Shown piece by piece: positions 1 to 11,026 of a stretch of 64,000 nt of DNA (position 1 is its first letter; the number at the start of each line of letters is the position of its first letter). The DNA is from an uncultured Nitrososphaerales archaeon (GTDB taxonomy: Archaea > Thermoproteota > Nitrososphaeria > Nitrososphaerales > Nitrososphaeraceae). Where the stretch lies: the NCBI GenBank assembly GCA_963713605.1, contig CAVQMO010000010.1:1024001-1088000 (forward strand). The letters are read 5' to 3'. The notes beneath the pieces are model-generated. The model was not told the origin of the DNA and ran no database searches. It saw only the letters and a list, made by a program, of their open reading frames with translations. A program made the position numbers and the translations under genes.

Positions 1-395
1 GTGAACGTCCAGCCCATGCGACGCTTGTAGCCCTGGAGCGCAGCGATTGGGGCGCGTGAGACCGCGATCATCGCGACGTCGTGGTGCTCAAGGTGCACGG
101 CAAAGCCGTTAAAGCCGTCCGCATTCGCAGAGCATGCCGGGCAGCCGCCTGTGTTATCGGGACCAAACATGAAGTGATAGATGAGGAGCTGTGAGCGTCC
201 TCTGAACAGATCGGCAAGAGACGCCATGCCATCATCGGTCTCGAAACGGTACTCCTTGTCAATTCGAACCCACGGCAGCCTCTGCCGCCACTGCGCCAGT
301 TCGTCGCTACGCCGCGTCAGCGCCTTCTCGGCCTTGAGCAGCTCCAGCCGGGCCGCAAGCCACTCTTCACGTGTTCCGATCTTGTGGTCAGTCAT
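1..395 (-). CDS. DUF899 family thioredoxin-like protein (3' end runs off the window)
   Basis: Manual translation from ATG at 395: MTDHKIGTREEWLAARLELLKAEKALTRRSDELAQWRQRLPWVRIDKEYRFETDDGMASLADLFRGRSQLLIYHFMFGPDNTGGCPACS...GYKRRMGWTF. Contains the LF.GRSQL..YHFMFGP and CPxCS motifs. Not in the ORF track. Much more GC-rich than its neighbours. Confidence 0.9.
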   Translation of the reverse strand, partial: MTDHKIGTREEWLAARLELLKAEKALTRRSDELAQWRQRLPWVRIDKEYRFETDDGMASLADLFRGRSQLLIYHFMFGPDNTGGCPACSANADGFNGFAVHLEHHDVAMIAVSRAPIAALQGYKRRMGWTF

Positions 396-461
396 TGTTT
401 TTTGTTGTCACTTCTAGTATTTTATCATTATCTTAATATCGTCTACAGATAAGTTATTCCT

Positions 462-1135
462 ATGATCATGAAGGAAATTAGAAATATAACTCCTACAGAA
501 TTTGAAGACTCCGTAACATATATGTTTCAACTTTTCCTTTAGAAAATGCTAAGCATTTAGACATATACATCAATCATATCTACGACATGCTCAGAAACGA
601 TAGCAGATATCATCTATATGCTCCCGTAGAAGATAGCTCTATGATGGGTATCTCTTTGTTATATATTTTTGAATATTTAAAAATGGCGTTACTTGATTAT
701 ATGGCAGTTGTCCCAAATTTTCAGCGGCGTGGTATAGGTAAAAAGCTATTTGAATTCACAAATAACGAACTTAATCGCTTTATTTCAAATAATATAGGAA
801 TGTTGTTAGAAGTACCGAAAGTAAATGTATCTAATCCTGATGAATGGCTAAGAAGGAAGAGAAGAATCCAATTTTATTCCAGGTTAGGAGTAAAAGTATT
901 GAAAGGCGTTAACTATTTACTTCCAATACAAACAGATGGAGATGTAGAAGAGATGTATCTGATGATCAAACTTTCAAAGAATATAGCTTGGTTATCAAAA
1001 AAGAGTATAGCTGATTTCATTAATTCTGTATATACAGATCTTTATGACTATAGAAAGCCTGATTTGCTTAGCAAAACCATCGCTAACTTGCCTGATGTCA
1101 TTGACATTGAGGAACTGAAAGTGCAGGATTCATGA
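462..1135 (+). CDS. GNAT family N-acetyltransferase (N-terminus split off by a probable indel; ORF track 587-1135)
   Basis: Acetyl-CoA motif A (YMAVVPNFQRRGIGKKL) and RRIQFYSRLG. An upstream ATG at 462 reads MIMKEIRNITPTEFEDS. Confidence 0.8.
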
Positions 1136-1809
1136 AAGGAACACTACATAGAATACTGTTCTTGAGAGGTCCAATAGCCTAGTACTGTCATATACTATTG
1201 TTCAATATTTTTAAACATCATATTTAGTACTATAACATCTGAATCTCTATGTTACTAAGGATATATCATTGCATATTCGATATTGCATTCTTTTTTTAAA
1301 AGCTAACTGGAATTCATGTCGTAGTTTCAGAAAAAATAGAAAGACAATGCTAGCATTTTGTTTACTCTGAGTAACGTGGAATCTAGTTCGAATTTATGAG
1401 GACTTCTAGTTTGCTGTTCTTGTTGCATCAGCTGCGCGATGCAAGACTTATTCCACCCACGATCAATGCCATTATTATTGCATATTTTTCTCATATAATA
1501 GTTAGACCAGAGATGCTCCATATCCGCCTCTGATCAACGTTGATGACGTATTGCAAGCTAGCGTAAATATATCTTTATAGAAGATACTTCTAATATATAC
1601 TATGTGAGATTGTGAGGCAGTAATTATGAATAACAATTCCCAGCTTTGGTCTGGCACTAAGATTTATGGCCCAATATTGACATTTTTCAACGTATATGGA
1701 AATAGTTTATCTATATAGAAAGATCAAATGATCTGGAAAAAGATATTAAACTAGTCTATTAATTTTGTTCAGCCTGAATACATAAAAGGCGCATAATTGA
1801 AATGCAGTT

Positions 1810-2193
1810 ATGGGTTCTACTCTCTGCGTTAGATGCGGCGCAATTCTTATCCCCCATTCGCTTTGTAATATATGTCACGATATATTATATTTTACATGCT
1901 CATCATGTTCCATGAACACTGATGAAAGAATTCATGTTTATTGCCGGGATGGTGATACCATTAATAATAATGATAAAGATATAAATCTAAAAATTACATA
2001 CAAATTGATTGAAAAACCAAAATCGTCTCAGTTAAACCAAAAACAAAAACAACAACTTACTGATGAATTAAAATCTAGTTCAATTGATTTATCTGCATCG
2101 TATTGGAATAATATATTTGACTATTTTAAAATGGTTAATCGTTATTGGACCGCAATATTCTATATTGGTATCAATAAATCTTCTATAATATAG
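1810..2193 (+). CDS. Hypothetical protein with N-terminal Cys-rich (three CxxC) zinc-binding region
   Basis: CVRC, CNIC and CSSC plus His in the first 45 aa. Confidence 0.6.
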   Translation: MGSTLCVRCGAILIPHSLCNICHDILYFTCSSCSMNTDERIHVYCRDGDTINNNDKDINLKITYKLIEKPKSSQLNQKQKQQLTDELKSSSIDLSASYWNNIFDYFKMVNRYWTAIFYIGINKSSII

Positions 2194-2240
2194 CGAAGCG
2201 GATTCTATATGCAGATACTATGGAATGATCTTCACGTCTG

Positions 2241-2358
2241 TTGATGCCAAAACATTAAGTCCAATCTAAAAAAGTCGAATATGTCGTCATGACTAGTTGC
2301 TTCCTTATCCAGAATACAATTGCCATTCTCGACCACTGACCGTAATGCAGTGATTAAC
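2241..2358 (-). pseudogene. Terminase large subunit-like C-terminal fragment (copy A)
   Basis: Reads LITALRSVVENGNCILDKEATSHDDIFDFFRL then MFWH, an HDDxxD nuclease-type motif. 31 bp (2281-2311) is identical, inverted, to 6963-6993. Confidence 0.6.
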
Positions 2359-2679
2359 TAAGATATTCTGCAATTGATATGGGATGGAATACCCATCCAG
2401 AGTGGTAGCTGAAGTATCAAAGTCGGATACGCAAGTTGGGATTGCAACTGTCAAAATAATACATATGATGACCAATCCTACTACCGTTGTGGCTATTAAG
2501 CATCCATTCTGAGATGCAAACCCCAGAGACATATCCTGACTTCGGAAGCCATCCGCATTCTTTTTGTACCAACTAACCTGCGTAACTCTTATATGATACT
2601 TCATTGATTAATTTTTCAAAACTGGGCTAGCAATTTGCATATCACACTTAAATGCAAATGATAATTGTATGGATAACTT

Positions 2680-3426
2680 ATGCCAAGTCCACTTGAATAT
2701 GAAGACTATCACCCAGAGACCGGACAACTAGAGAAAGTAATATTCGAAAGAATCTGTCCAAGATCATCCGACATAGTGAAGCATCAGTCTGGCATATTGG
2801 ACTACCCAGGACTAACGGTCGTGGCTCTTATAGGAGAAGATAATTTTTTAGACCATTTAAGTAATCTACAAAACATTAATTTTGGATTCACAAGAGTGGA
2901 TAAGTTGCATTGCACTCTGTTAGGGCTTCTAGACGGAAATAAACAAGTAAATGCAAACTCAGAATTTAAGAAAGTCGTTTATGATTCAGTAAAAAAATAT
3001 ATCGATCAGCAAAGATTTGGAGCTCTTCGACTTGAATTTGATTGTATTAGGCCTGGTACATGGCGCCTCGGTAAGAATAAGAAACTAGTAAATAATTGTA
3101 GTAATGGAATTGTTATTGCAACTGGTAATATTGCAGCAGCTGTCAATAAGAAATTTTGTGAGATTGGCCGCTCTTTATCTAAATATCTTAGAAATGAGTT
3201 AGATTACATATTTGAGCCAGACTTTACCAGAAAGTTTCCAACCCTGTGGTGTACTTTAGGATATTTTGATTGTGCAGACTTTGACATTTCAGATGAGTTG
3301 TTAAACCTGTTTAATGCCGTAAAAAAATTGAATATTACTTTAAACATTGACCAACTTAGTATGTTTGAGTTTTACTCGAGGACACTAGAAAGGAGTACCC
3401 GATACAGAATTCCACTTACACTATAA
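2680..3426 (+). CDS. 2H-phosphoesterase-like (DUF1868-like) protein
   Basis: YPGLTVV...LHCTL matches the first HxT motif. LWCTLGY sits at the position of the second HxTxxY motif, with Trp in place of His. Confidence 0.5.
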   Translation: MPSPLEYEDYHPETGQLEKVIFERICPRSSDIVKHQSGILDYPGLTVVALIGEDNFLDHLSNLQNINFGFTRVDKLHCTLLGLLDGNKQVNANSEFKKVVYDSVKKYIDQQRFGALRLEFDCIRPGTWRLGKNKKLVNNCSNGIVIATGNIAAAVNKKFCEIGRSLSKYLRNELDYIFEPDFTRKFPTLWCTLGYFDCADFDISDELLNLFNAVKKLNITLNIDQLSMFEFYSRTLERSTRYRIPLTL

Positions 3427-3882
3427 CATCATTTAGGTTTCAAGTCTTCAAAACTGATCACACATTATACCATAACTGAGTCATCCGTAGCTATTGCTAC
3501 TATTAACTACTCCATAAACGTGGGAAGTATACTGTGTAGAGGCCAGAGTTAAAGCGATAACCAATGCTGAAGACGAACACAATATCAAAAGTAATGCTGG
3601 TTTTCCCTTGTAAGAGAAATTGATCATTGGTTAGTTCGACTAAATGAATTTTTATAAAGGTAAGTAAATTAGAGTTTACGATATAGCAAAACAGAACTGG
3701 TTAGGTTTTTCTATACGATTACTTTCTTGATAGCTGAGAATAGTACAGAGACAAGATATCATTTTGCGTTAGTCTGAGCCCAATTTCTAGGTCGAAAATG
3801 GTTTACACACCCTTGGGGCCACCATAAAATAGGTTCAGAACGTTTAAAAGCTCTCTTTGTGATTGAGGCTTATGTGTTTAGG

Positions 3883-4105
3883 GGTGAGGTATTTCAACCG
3901 ACTTTTTGCCCGGTAACTCATATCGTATATTCGTCGAGGGTCTGAAATCTCCGGTCGCATAGTTTTGCTCTTCAAAAATACATTAACTATCTAAAGATCA
4001 GCAAAACAAATGAATTGTTAATTCAAATCCCAAGATTGCGCAGGATCAAATCATTGATTACCTCATCCATTTAGAAAATCCTCCTCATTCATTAAGATAC
4101 GCCAC
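3883..4105 (+). pseudogene. Tyrosine integrase N-terminal (core-binding) fragment
   Basis: Across frameshifts reads GNSYRIFVEGLKSP..SFALQKYINYLKISKTNELL..NPKIAQDQIIDYLIHLENPPHSLRYAT, which resembles the N-terminus of Nitrososphaeraceae phage-integrase family proteins (recognised from memory). Catalytic domain absent. Confidence 0.55.
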
Positions 4106-4538
4106 CGGGTACCCTAGACAGCAATCTGCTAGCGAGTATGGAGCTCCACGACAAATACCAGGATAGTTAGTGTTCTGTGGAAATATAATAATCACTAATT
4201 TGATAGATAGACTATCTATAGTTAATAGCCAAATAATATTGTTGTTATCTAATACGTGGTACCATAGGAATGACATCTATAATCAATAAGGAACCAGCCT
4301 CGCATAATAGACCTAGCAATCTACCCAGCATTCTAATCTATATTATTCCTATCGACCCAACAATAAGTCATATTTTAGTAAATCTTATTTTGGATTCTAT
4401 TATTTTTATAAATAATTTTATGAAGATATCATCAGTTTGATACCGTTACCTGCAATATTCAACCAACTGAACAGAATGTTAGTATGCTTTGACTATTGAA
4501 ATTTCGATTACTTGTCTAAAACACTTCGAATGACATAA

Positions 4539-4680
4539 CTAGATTGTTCCCCAAGGATTATCGATGATCATACGCCATGTACCGTCAGACTGTTGACGTA
4601 GGACATCAGCGAGCGGTCCCAGTAAGACTAACAGGATTACCATCAGTTCCTGTTCCATTGAAGGACCATCCACTAATCAC
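4539..4680 (-). pseudogene. YybH/DUF4440 (NTF2-like) C-terminal fragment
   Basis: WSFNGTGTDGNPVSLTG..ADVLRQQSDGTWRMIIDNPWGTI*; no N-terminus found. Confidence 0.6.
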
Positions 4681-5178
4681 TAGAGCAAGATTACTTGTCT
4701 GAATTATTCTCATTACTTTTAATTCTAACTTGCCTTTCATGTCGATAAATCCTTAGTCTTTGGCGTACGCCTTGTTGATCTTTGACAATTTGTCCTGGTT
4801 GAAAAGCAAAACATGCCTCGATAACTGCAGAGTTAAAGAATGGGTGATACAAAGGATGAGATATGACAAGTATCTAAATAAGGTAATAGGAAAAGTCTAC
4901 AAATCAAAAATGAAACCCGGCGGATTGTAATCAGATATCATGTACGGATTGTTCATTCAAAAGAGTTAAATCCGTATTAATGAGTTCAGGAAAGAAGGGT
5001 AATAAGATTATCCTTAGCTTATCTAAAGGATCATTTCCTTAGTGTATGAGTTCCTTAATACTTTAAAAAACAGTATTTTTTATCGTAACCTATGCCTATC
5101 AGGAACATCGATAATGGTTCAATACCAATACTACATATTCTGTAATCGGTAATGAACCCCTTTACATACGGGAATCTA

Positions 5179-5236
5179 ATCTTGTTGAACACAATTCTTC
5201 GATAATCATCTTGTTGAACACAATTCTTCAATAATC
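5179..5236. repeat. 29-bp tandem duplication downstream of ferritin
   Basis: ATCTTGTTGAACACAATTCTTC(G/A)ATAATC twice, one mismatch. Confidence 0.9.
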
Positions 5237-5291
5237 ACCTTATCTACCTCCAAAGCTGTATTTGTGATAACAACTCTCTCAAAAAGTAAGT

Positions 5292-5843
5292 TCAACTCGA
5301 GCTCTGCTTCTTAGCCGATACCTGAGATCTAATTGAAGCCAGGGATTGATCAATTTGATATACCGCCAATTTCTCTCTGCCAAATATCTCAAACTTTTGA
5401 AGGATCGTTTGAAATAGGATCTCTTCTTCAACTTGTTCGCTTACAAACCATTGTAAGAACAGGTATGTAGCACGGTCTTTTTCTTTTTCAGCAATTTCTA
5501 CTAAGCCGTTGATGAGCATAGTAACAGTCTGTTCACTCTGCAAAGCGGATTGAAAAGTAGATTCTAGTGAATCGAATTTACCTTGCGGTCTTTCTATTGG
5601 TGGAATTATAGCTTCGGCTTCAGCATTATTAAGATAGTGGACGAACTTTAACATGTGTGTATTTTCCTCAATTGCTTGTTCAAAAAAGAATGTTGCACTT
5701 CCATCATATCCAGTTCTTTCACACCATGATCCCATCGCAACATATGCATTGATAGCTGATGCTTCATAAGCAATTTGATCATTGATCGCTTTTTCCATTT
5801 GTGATGTGATTCTCATTCCAACAACCTTAGTATTTTTTGGCAT
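5292..5843 (-). CDS. ftnA: Non-haem ferritin
   Basis: INDQIAYE..AY..M, FFFEQAIEENTH and FLQWFVSEQVEEE ferroxidase-centre motifs. Confidence 0.92.
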   Translation of the reverse strand: MPKNTKVVGMRITSQMEKAINDQIAYEASAINAYVAMGSWCERTGYDGSATFFFEQAIEENTHMLKFVHYLNNAEAEAIIPPIERPQGKFDSLESTFQSALQSEQTVTMLINGLVEIAEKEKDRATYLFLQWFVSEQVEEEILFQTILQKFEIFGREKLAVYQIDQSLASIRSQVSAKKQSSS

Positions 5844-5965
5844 GTATATTTTTTTTGGTTTCTCGTAAATTTTTTAAGACACTTTAAAGTCTTGCCGGTG
5901 TAGAATAATTAAGCAATCTAACCAAGTTCCATCTCTTGACTTCATAGGGATATCAATGGTGTTTA

Positions 5966-6190
5966 TTAACCGTCGCCAATGGTTCCATTAGTTCCTATTC
6001 TCAATACCTGGCCAAAGGTTCCGCCGTTGTCAGTGCTAAATCTTACTACTGGTTCCGAGCTTGTAGAATTAGTTTCGCACCAACCTACGATTACGTTATC
6101 GTCAGTAGCTTCCACATCAAAGTCAGTTGAATTGGACCAGTTGAGTTACTGAGATTAATCTTGTCTGCATAAGTTTGTCCACCGTCTCCT
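5966..6190 (-). pseudogene. BNR/Asp-box (sialidase-like) secreted protein, C-terminal remnant
   Basis: GDGGQTYADKINLSNST...VRFSTDNGGTFGQVLRIGTNGTIGDG*; SxDxGxTF Asp-box; no N-terminus. Confidence 0.6.
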
Positions 6191-6291
6191 GATTCAGGTA
6201 TGTGGTTGTCACTGCAGTCCTGGCATTAGCAAAAAGAAATAGGTAGAAGCTAAGGTTCTATCCTTATTTTCTTGATTTGCCCCCTATACAA

Positions 6292-6831
6292 CTATTGTCC
6301 CATCGACATCATTCCTTCCATTCCTTCCATTCCTTCCATTCCTTCCATTCCTTTCATCATCTCCCCACCCATCATTGGGAAGCAAATCGCCATGTTCATC
6401 ATCTGTTGCAGGTGAGCTTCTGACATATTCCCCATCCCGCCATCTAATCCGCCGCTCGCCATCATCATCTGTTGTTGCATCATATTCATCGCCATTTGCT
6501 CAGTTGCATTATCACCATTTCCGTTCTCAGTGGCATTACTACCACCACCCAACATGCCTGAAAATGCACCAAGTAGATGTGCACATCATTGGCATTACCA
6601 TTACACCCATGTTAAACTGCATCATTGACATATTGCCGTTATCATCTCCCATCATCATATCTCCCATTGTCATCCCATCTTCGGTTTCATTATCACCATT
6701 ACCGTTCATCATGCTCATTAAATCCGACAGTGATGACCGTTTACTACTGATACATAGGGTGAGAAAAAAGACCCCACTAGCGCGGTAGCAATCAATGCGG
6801 TATACAAAAGACTTGCACTAAGTTTATTCAT
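6292..6831 (-). CDS. Secreted methionine-rich protein (two probable indels)
   Basis: ATG at 6831 gives the signal peptide MNKLSASLLYTALIATALVGSFFSPYVSVVNG. Met-rich frames follow (MSMMNG..MGDMMMG..MGVMVMPMMC) and join ORF 6292-6555, which ends MMKGMEGMEGMEGMEGMMSMGQ. Confidence 0.7.
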
Positions 6832-6913
6832 TATTTGTAGATTGAGTAGGTCCTACTTAAGGAATAGCTATGGTTTTTGAACCTTTAAAGATGCCAACTA
6901 TTGGAAGATCGCT

Positions 6914-7021
6914 AAATTAATCACTACATTAAGGACTGCAATAGAAAAAGGAGATGGGCCTTTGGATAAGGAAGCAACTAGTCATGACGACATTTTCGTC
7001 TTCACCATGTTTTGGTATTAG
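6914..7021 (+). pseudogene. Terminase large subunit-like C-terminal fragment (copy B)
   Basis: KLITTLRTAIEKGDGPLDKEATSHDDIF..MFWY*; homologous to copies A and C. Confidence 0.6.
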
Positions 7022-7657
7022 TGAAAATGGTATATATCAAGAACACATTGAATGTTCGAGACGAAATCTATGAATAATATGAGTAACGAGTGTCTTTAAA
7101 TAAATTGGATTAATCAAACCTGTGATTCATGAAGGTCGGATCCTCACCAGGATTATCAGTCAAACAGCTGACTGGGTCAGGTTCAAGAATCGGTCTAACT
7201 TTGATTATCACGTTGATGGTAATGTCGTCTCCTATGTTGATCTTCTATCGGCCAAAAGTAATAATGTTAATACTAGTAGCCAACATCATGGTTTCTCATT
7301 AGAAGGCACCTCTCTTTCTCTAAGATATTCTGGGGAAGGAGAGAGACCTATTGAAACACAAAAGAAAAGGCAATCATCAATCCTCTATGAAATTATAGAT
7401 GAAGGTCGGCGTTATCTGCAGCCATTCGCGCAAACGCATTATCTCATGCGATGTAAAATCTAGAATTCCAATCCCAGGCTGTGGCTTTTCGTGTAATTAA
7501 CTTCATCTCGGATTCAAAGCAGCAACATAAGCATTAATTCAATTTCAATCAATGCGTTTTGATTCTGGCGAAATTGGTAGATAGATGGGTTTACCATTTG
7601 TGAACTTGACCTTTCCTTTAACTCTTATATCTCAGATTCATTAAGTTAAGTCAATTC

Positions 7658-8140
7658 ATGTCACCTCAGGAGAATATAAGAATTGTTAAACGTGTTATTG
7701 ATGCTTTTAACACAGGAGATACAAGTAAGGTTCACGAGTTCATAAGTCCAGAATATGTTAATAGAGAGTCCCAAAAACATAAAGATTCGCACAGATCCCA
7801 ACTTAGAGGACCTGAAGAACTAATGGATACTATCAAGAATTTACGCAACGCGTTTCCTGATCTCCATTATGAAGAACACGAAATTGTTTCTCAAGGAAAT
7901 AAGACAGTGTTTATAGGTAATGTAACAGGGACACATACAGGCAATTTTTTCTTTGTTCCTCCAACAAAGAATAAGATCTCTTATGAAGCTGTACACATAT
8001 TTACAATTGGCAATGATGGAAAAATAACAGAGCATAGAGCGATAAGAGATGATCTCAAGTTTATGGGGCAATTAGGGTTGGTTAAAGCTGCATCCTCTGA
8101 GCACGAGAGCTTTTTCAAGTTATGGAAAGGATTAGAGTGA
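7658..8140 (+). CDS. SnoaL-like ester cyclase (NTF2 fold)
   Basis: RGPEEL..LRNAFPDLHY..GTHTGNFF.VPPT..DGKITEH..RDDL.FMGQLG. Confidence 0.88.
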   Translation: MSPQENIRIVKRVIDAFNTGDTSKVHEFISPEYVNRESQKHKDSHRSQLRGPEELMDTIKNLRNAFPDLHYEEHEIVSQGNKTVFIGNVTGTHTGNFFFVPPTKNKISYEAVHIFTIGNDGKITEHRAIRDDLKFMGQLGLVKAASSEHESFFKLWKGLE

Positions 8141-8399
8141 TAATGATGGCCAAAGAACTGAATCTCTTATCCATTAAAAGATAAAACCATAATGTTATGT
8201 CTTCGAATGTATCTTCATCTAAAACTTCAACTGAGAGACCTTCCCTGATATACTAAAGTTTTCTTGATCTTCGGTAATTTTCGAACGATAATAAGAAAAC
8301 TGATTGATCAACAAGCGAATGTATTAGGTGAAACTGTGGACAATGTGTAAGATCCAGGATCAGGACTCTTATGTCAGCGCCACAACACTTTAGGGCAGA

Positions 8400-8640
8400 T
8401 ATTTATTTACCTGGGATTTATCACTATTTTCAATTGTAATGCCTTTTGAAGTAACGATAATGAAGTGTTCTGTATTATACTTTTCCTTGTACTGCTTGGC
8501 TTTTTCTATATCTTTTGATGGTACGTCTTTCCCTGTTTTCATATCCCAAGGAATCGGAGTGCCTGCAAGCCTATTTATTTTCAGACGGAAAAGCTAGAAT
8601 CCACTTTCTGGCGAATTCTATGCGTTCTTTTGAAGATGCT
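8400..8640 (-). pseudogene. Decayed fragment of a hypothetical (DUF2130-like) protein
   Basis: GTPIPWDMKTGKDVPSKDIEK/AKQYKEKYNTEHFIIVTSKGIT across frameshifts; family recalled, not verified. Confidence 0.3.
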
Positions 8641-8753
8641 TAGTAACAAGCCATTTTTAGTATATTAATATTCAAAAATATGGAATTCATAATCAGAATT
8701 ACTATTAGGCACTCACTGATATGGCTTAACAGTCAGATCTAGAGATGTATTGC

Positions 8754-9464
8754 TTATGCGAATATTTTCTTACGTGCAACCATCTCATTCTCAAGAAGAT
8801 TACTCTGATATTGGATACTCCTTTGTAAATAATGATTATTCCGAAGATCATCGTCATTATACAGAGTAATACCATTGATTTCGGAAGAGTATTTTCTTGT
8901 TGTGAAATTTCTAGATGGATCATCGACGTCAACCAAATTGCAATGAATCAAATGATATATTAGTTTGGCAGGTTTGTAAAATACCCTTTCTATGTACCTT
9001 TCCCTAATGAAATCTGGCTTTTCAAAATGCTTTTCAAATATTTTGATGCCATAAACATCTGGTGTATCCTTCATTTTATCATTGATAGGAGCACCAGTTT
9101 TGTATTCTTTAATCTTGGCAAGATTTTTAGAAAACTCATTTGCGTCTATAATCGCATACTCGTCTGAATCAATAACTAGAAGAAAATCTATCTCTTTGGT
9201 ACCGGCAATTTCAAGATACTTGTTTCTCTTATCTATTTCAGTAAGGTTAGGGTAGCTATAATAAATTGCATTAGGAAATGATTCTACAACTTTTCTTGAA
9301 TTATCAATACTGAGATCATGATCGTCATCAAAATGCTTGAACTTTCCATCGATTGCGATTATGAGATCGACATATGATTGTATGGAACTCAGACATCTCT
9401 GAAGTCCTTTCTCATCATCAAAGAATACAATTCCAGCAGCAGTTGTTACTATTTGGTTATTCAT
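8754..9464 (-). CDS. Glycosyltransferase, GT-A fold (family 2-like)
   Basis: FDDEKGLQRCLSSI..VDLIIAIDG..S.DNS..KRNKYL..DFLLVIDSDE (DxD motif). Confidence 0.8.
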   Translation of the reverse strand: MNNQIVTTAAGIVFFDDEKGLQRCLSSIQSYVDLIIAIDGKFKHFDDDHDLSIDNSRKVVESFPNAIYYSYPNLTEIDKRNKYLEIAGTKEIDFLLVIDSDEYAIIDANEFSKNLAKIKEYKTGAPINDKMKDTPDVYGIKIFEKHFEKPDFIRERYIERVFYKPAKLIYHLIHCNLVDVDDPSRNFTTRKYSSEINGITLYNDDDLRNNHYLQRSIQYQSNLLENEMVARKKIFA

Positions 9465-10567
9465 ATCGGTTATTCATTATGACCACAAATATTCCTTCTG
9501 AAGATGAAGTTACTCGATATCCAGTATTATCAGGTGGAGCTATTGATTAACATTAGCCTCTACCCTTGCACGACCTATTAATTTATGGTCCTTCGGTCAC
9601 GCATGATTCTGAACAACATTTGAACGCTTGTCATTATGTACTAGAGAACAACACTATTGAGGACATTTTATAACAGCAATCTCCAAATCTTGCAAAATAC
9701 ATTTCTTTAATGTTCGTATAGATTTATCTTTACTCATCTTAGCTAATACTTTGAACAGAATAGATGAGTTTCCGCTTAATTATAACTTAATGCAGCTTGA
9801 TGTACATCACTGGTGATATTTGGATTATATTCCATCTAAGTTCAGAAGATTTACTTCCAGGGCAGCCCTTTCATAAACTACTTCGCCTAATATTATGAAT
9901 TGAAGAAAGGAAGTTCTACTTAGTTCCAATGGCAGCGTAATGTTGTGGCCATACAAAGGACCCTGATGGCTTCAACGTAAAAAGAAAAAAAAGTTGTGAG
10001 CCCGATTATTACTTGCTACATTTTCATTTTGGCAATGATGTTGCAGTAATAATAGCTTTACATGTTACCTAACTGCACAATTTCGACATCGATCCCCTCA
10101 CCTAAATCTTGCAGTGCTTTCATGACCTGGTATTCGACATCCTGTGCTGAGACTGGAGTCTTAGAAGAAAACTTTGCTACAACAAAATACGTATGACTTT
10201 GGCTGCTATGCTTACTCATTATTTTAGCTTTTCCCAACTTCCTTTAATACGAATATGGCAGATATTACAATACCTTTTCTTCCTTAATATTATAGATGAT
10301 CATTATACCATCGTTGATTGCATAATTAGTACAATACCGAAACTATGCAAAATTAGCTAAAAGCGAGGCTCCCAGAATTGCAAGCCCTAAAATAATAGTT
10401 ATAAATTATCGAAGAACAAGTTACTAGGTATCAATATATTATTAACTAATAATCTTGTAATAGATATTCCAAGAATGGTATTTCTCAAGGGTAAAGTTAT
10501 TACTTATTCGCCTACTCATATACTTTGAATAAAAGGAGTAACTGTAGGTTGTTGTTGTTGTACCTTC

Positions 10568-11026
10568 CTAGCTATTTTTGAAGAAGGAACTGCTGGCAGC
10601 AATCATCTCATCACTATATTTCTTTTTAGAAAGCTGATCGAGGATCTCCCTGATTTCCTTGTTGTCTATGAGCAAGTTCATAACTTTAACAAGTTCTTCC
10701 TGTACAAGAGGAGTTGAATTCATTTCCAAAGAGTCAATTGCCTTAAGCTTCCATTGACAACTTACACCTTGTCCTATTAATGTCTGCGCCTTGTAGACAA
10801 CCTTTCCAAATGAAGTTACGCTATAAGTTCCGTTCTTTCTCTTTATTAGTCCTGCATCTAGCATACTAAACATTCTAGAATAATACTGTCGTTTAGTTAA
10901 TCCTAACCTCGTCAAGACGTTATGAGGATCCAGATCTTGATGAGCTATCGTCTCAAACAAGATCAATGCTTTGTCGTCGGAAAGTGCTTTTAGGGATTTT
11001 TCCACAGTTACTGATCGTTCCATCAC
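10568..11026 (-). CDS. Winged helix-turn-helix (ArsR-like) transcriptional regulator
   Basis: LKALSDDKALILFETIA..LGLTKRQYYSRM..L..AGLIKRKNGTYSVTSFGK. Confidence 0.75.
   Translation of the reverse strand: MMERSVTVEKSLKALSDDKALILFETIAHQDLDPHNVLTRLGLTKRQYYSRMFSMLDAGLIKRKNGTYSVTSFGKVVYKAQTLIGQGVSCQWKLKAIDSLEMNSTPLVQEELVKVMNLLIDNKEIREILDQLSKKKYSDEMIAASSSFFKNS

Noticed and set aside
68..417. ORFs 68-262 (-) and 181-417 (+)
   Set aside because: Shadow frames of the DUF899 gene.
2305..2604. 99-aa minus-strand ORF as a real gene
   Set aside because: No recognisable motif, and its 3' end overlaps the terminase-like remnant in another frame.
5179..5236. 29-bp repeat as a CRISPR or att site
   Set aside because: Only two adjacent copies with no spacer; a simple slippage duplication.
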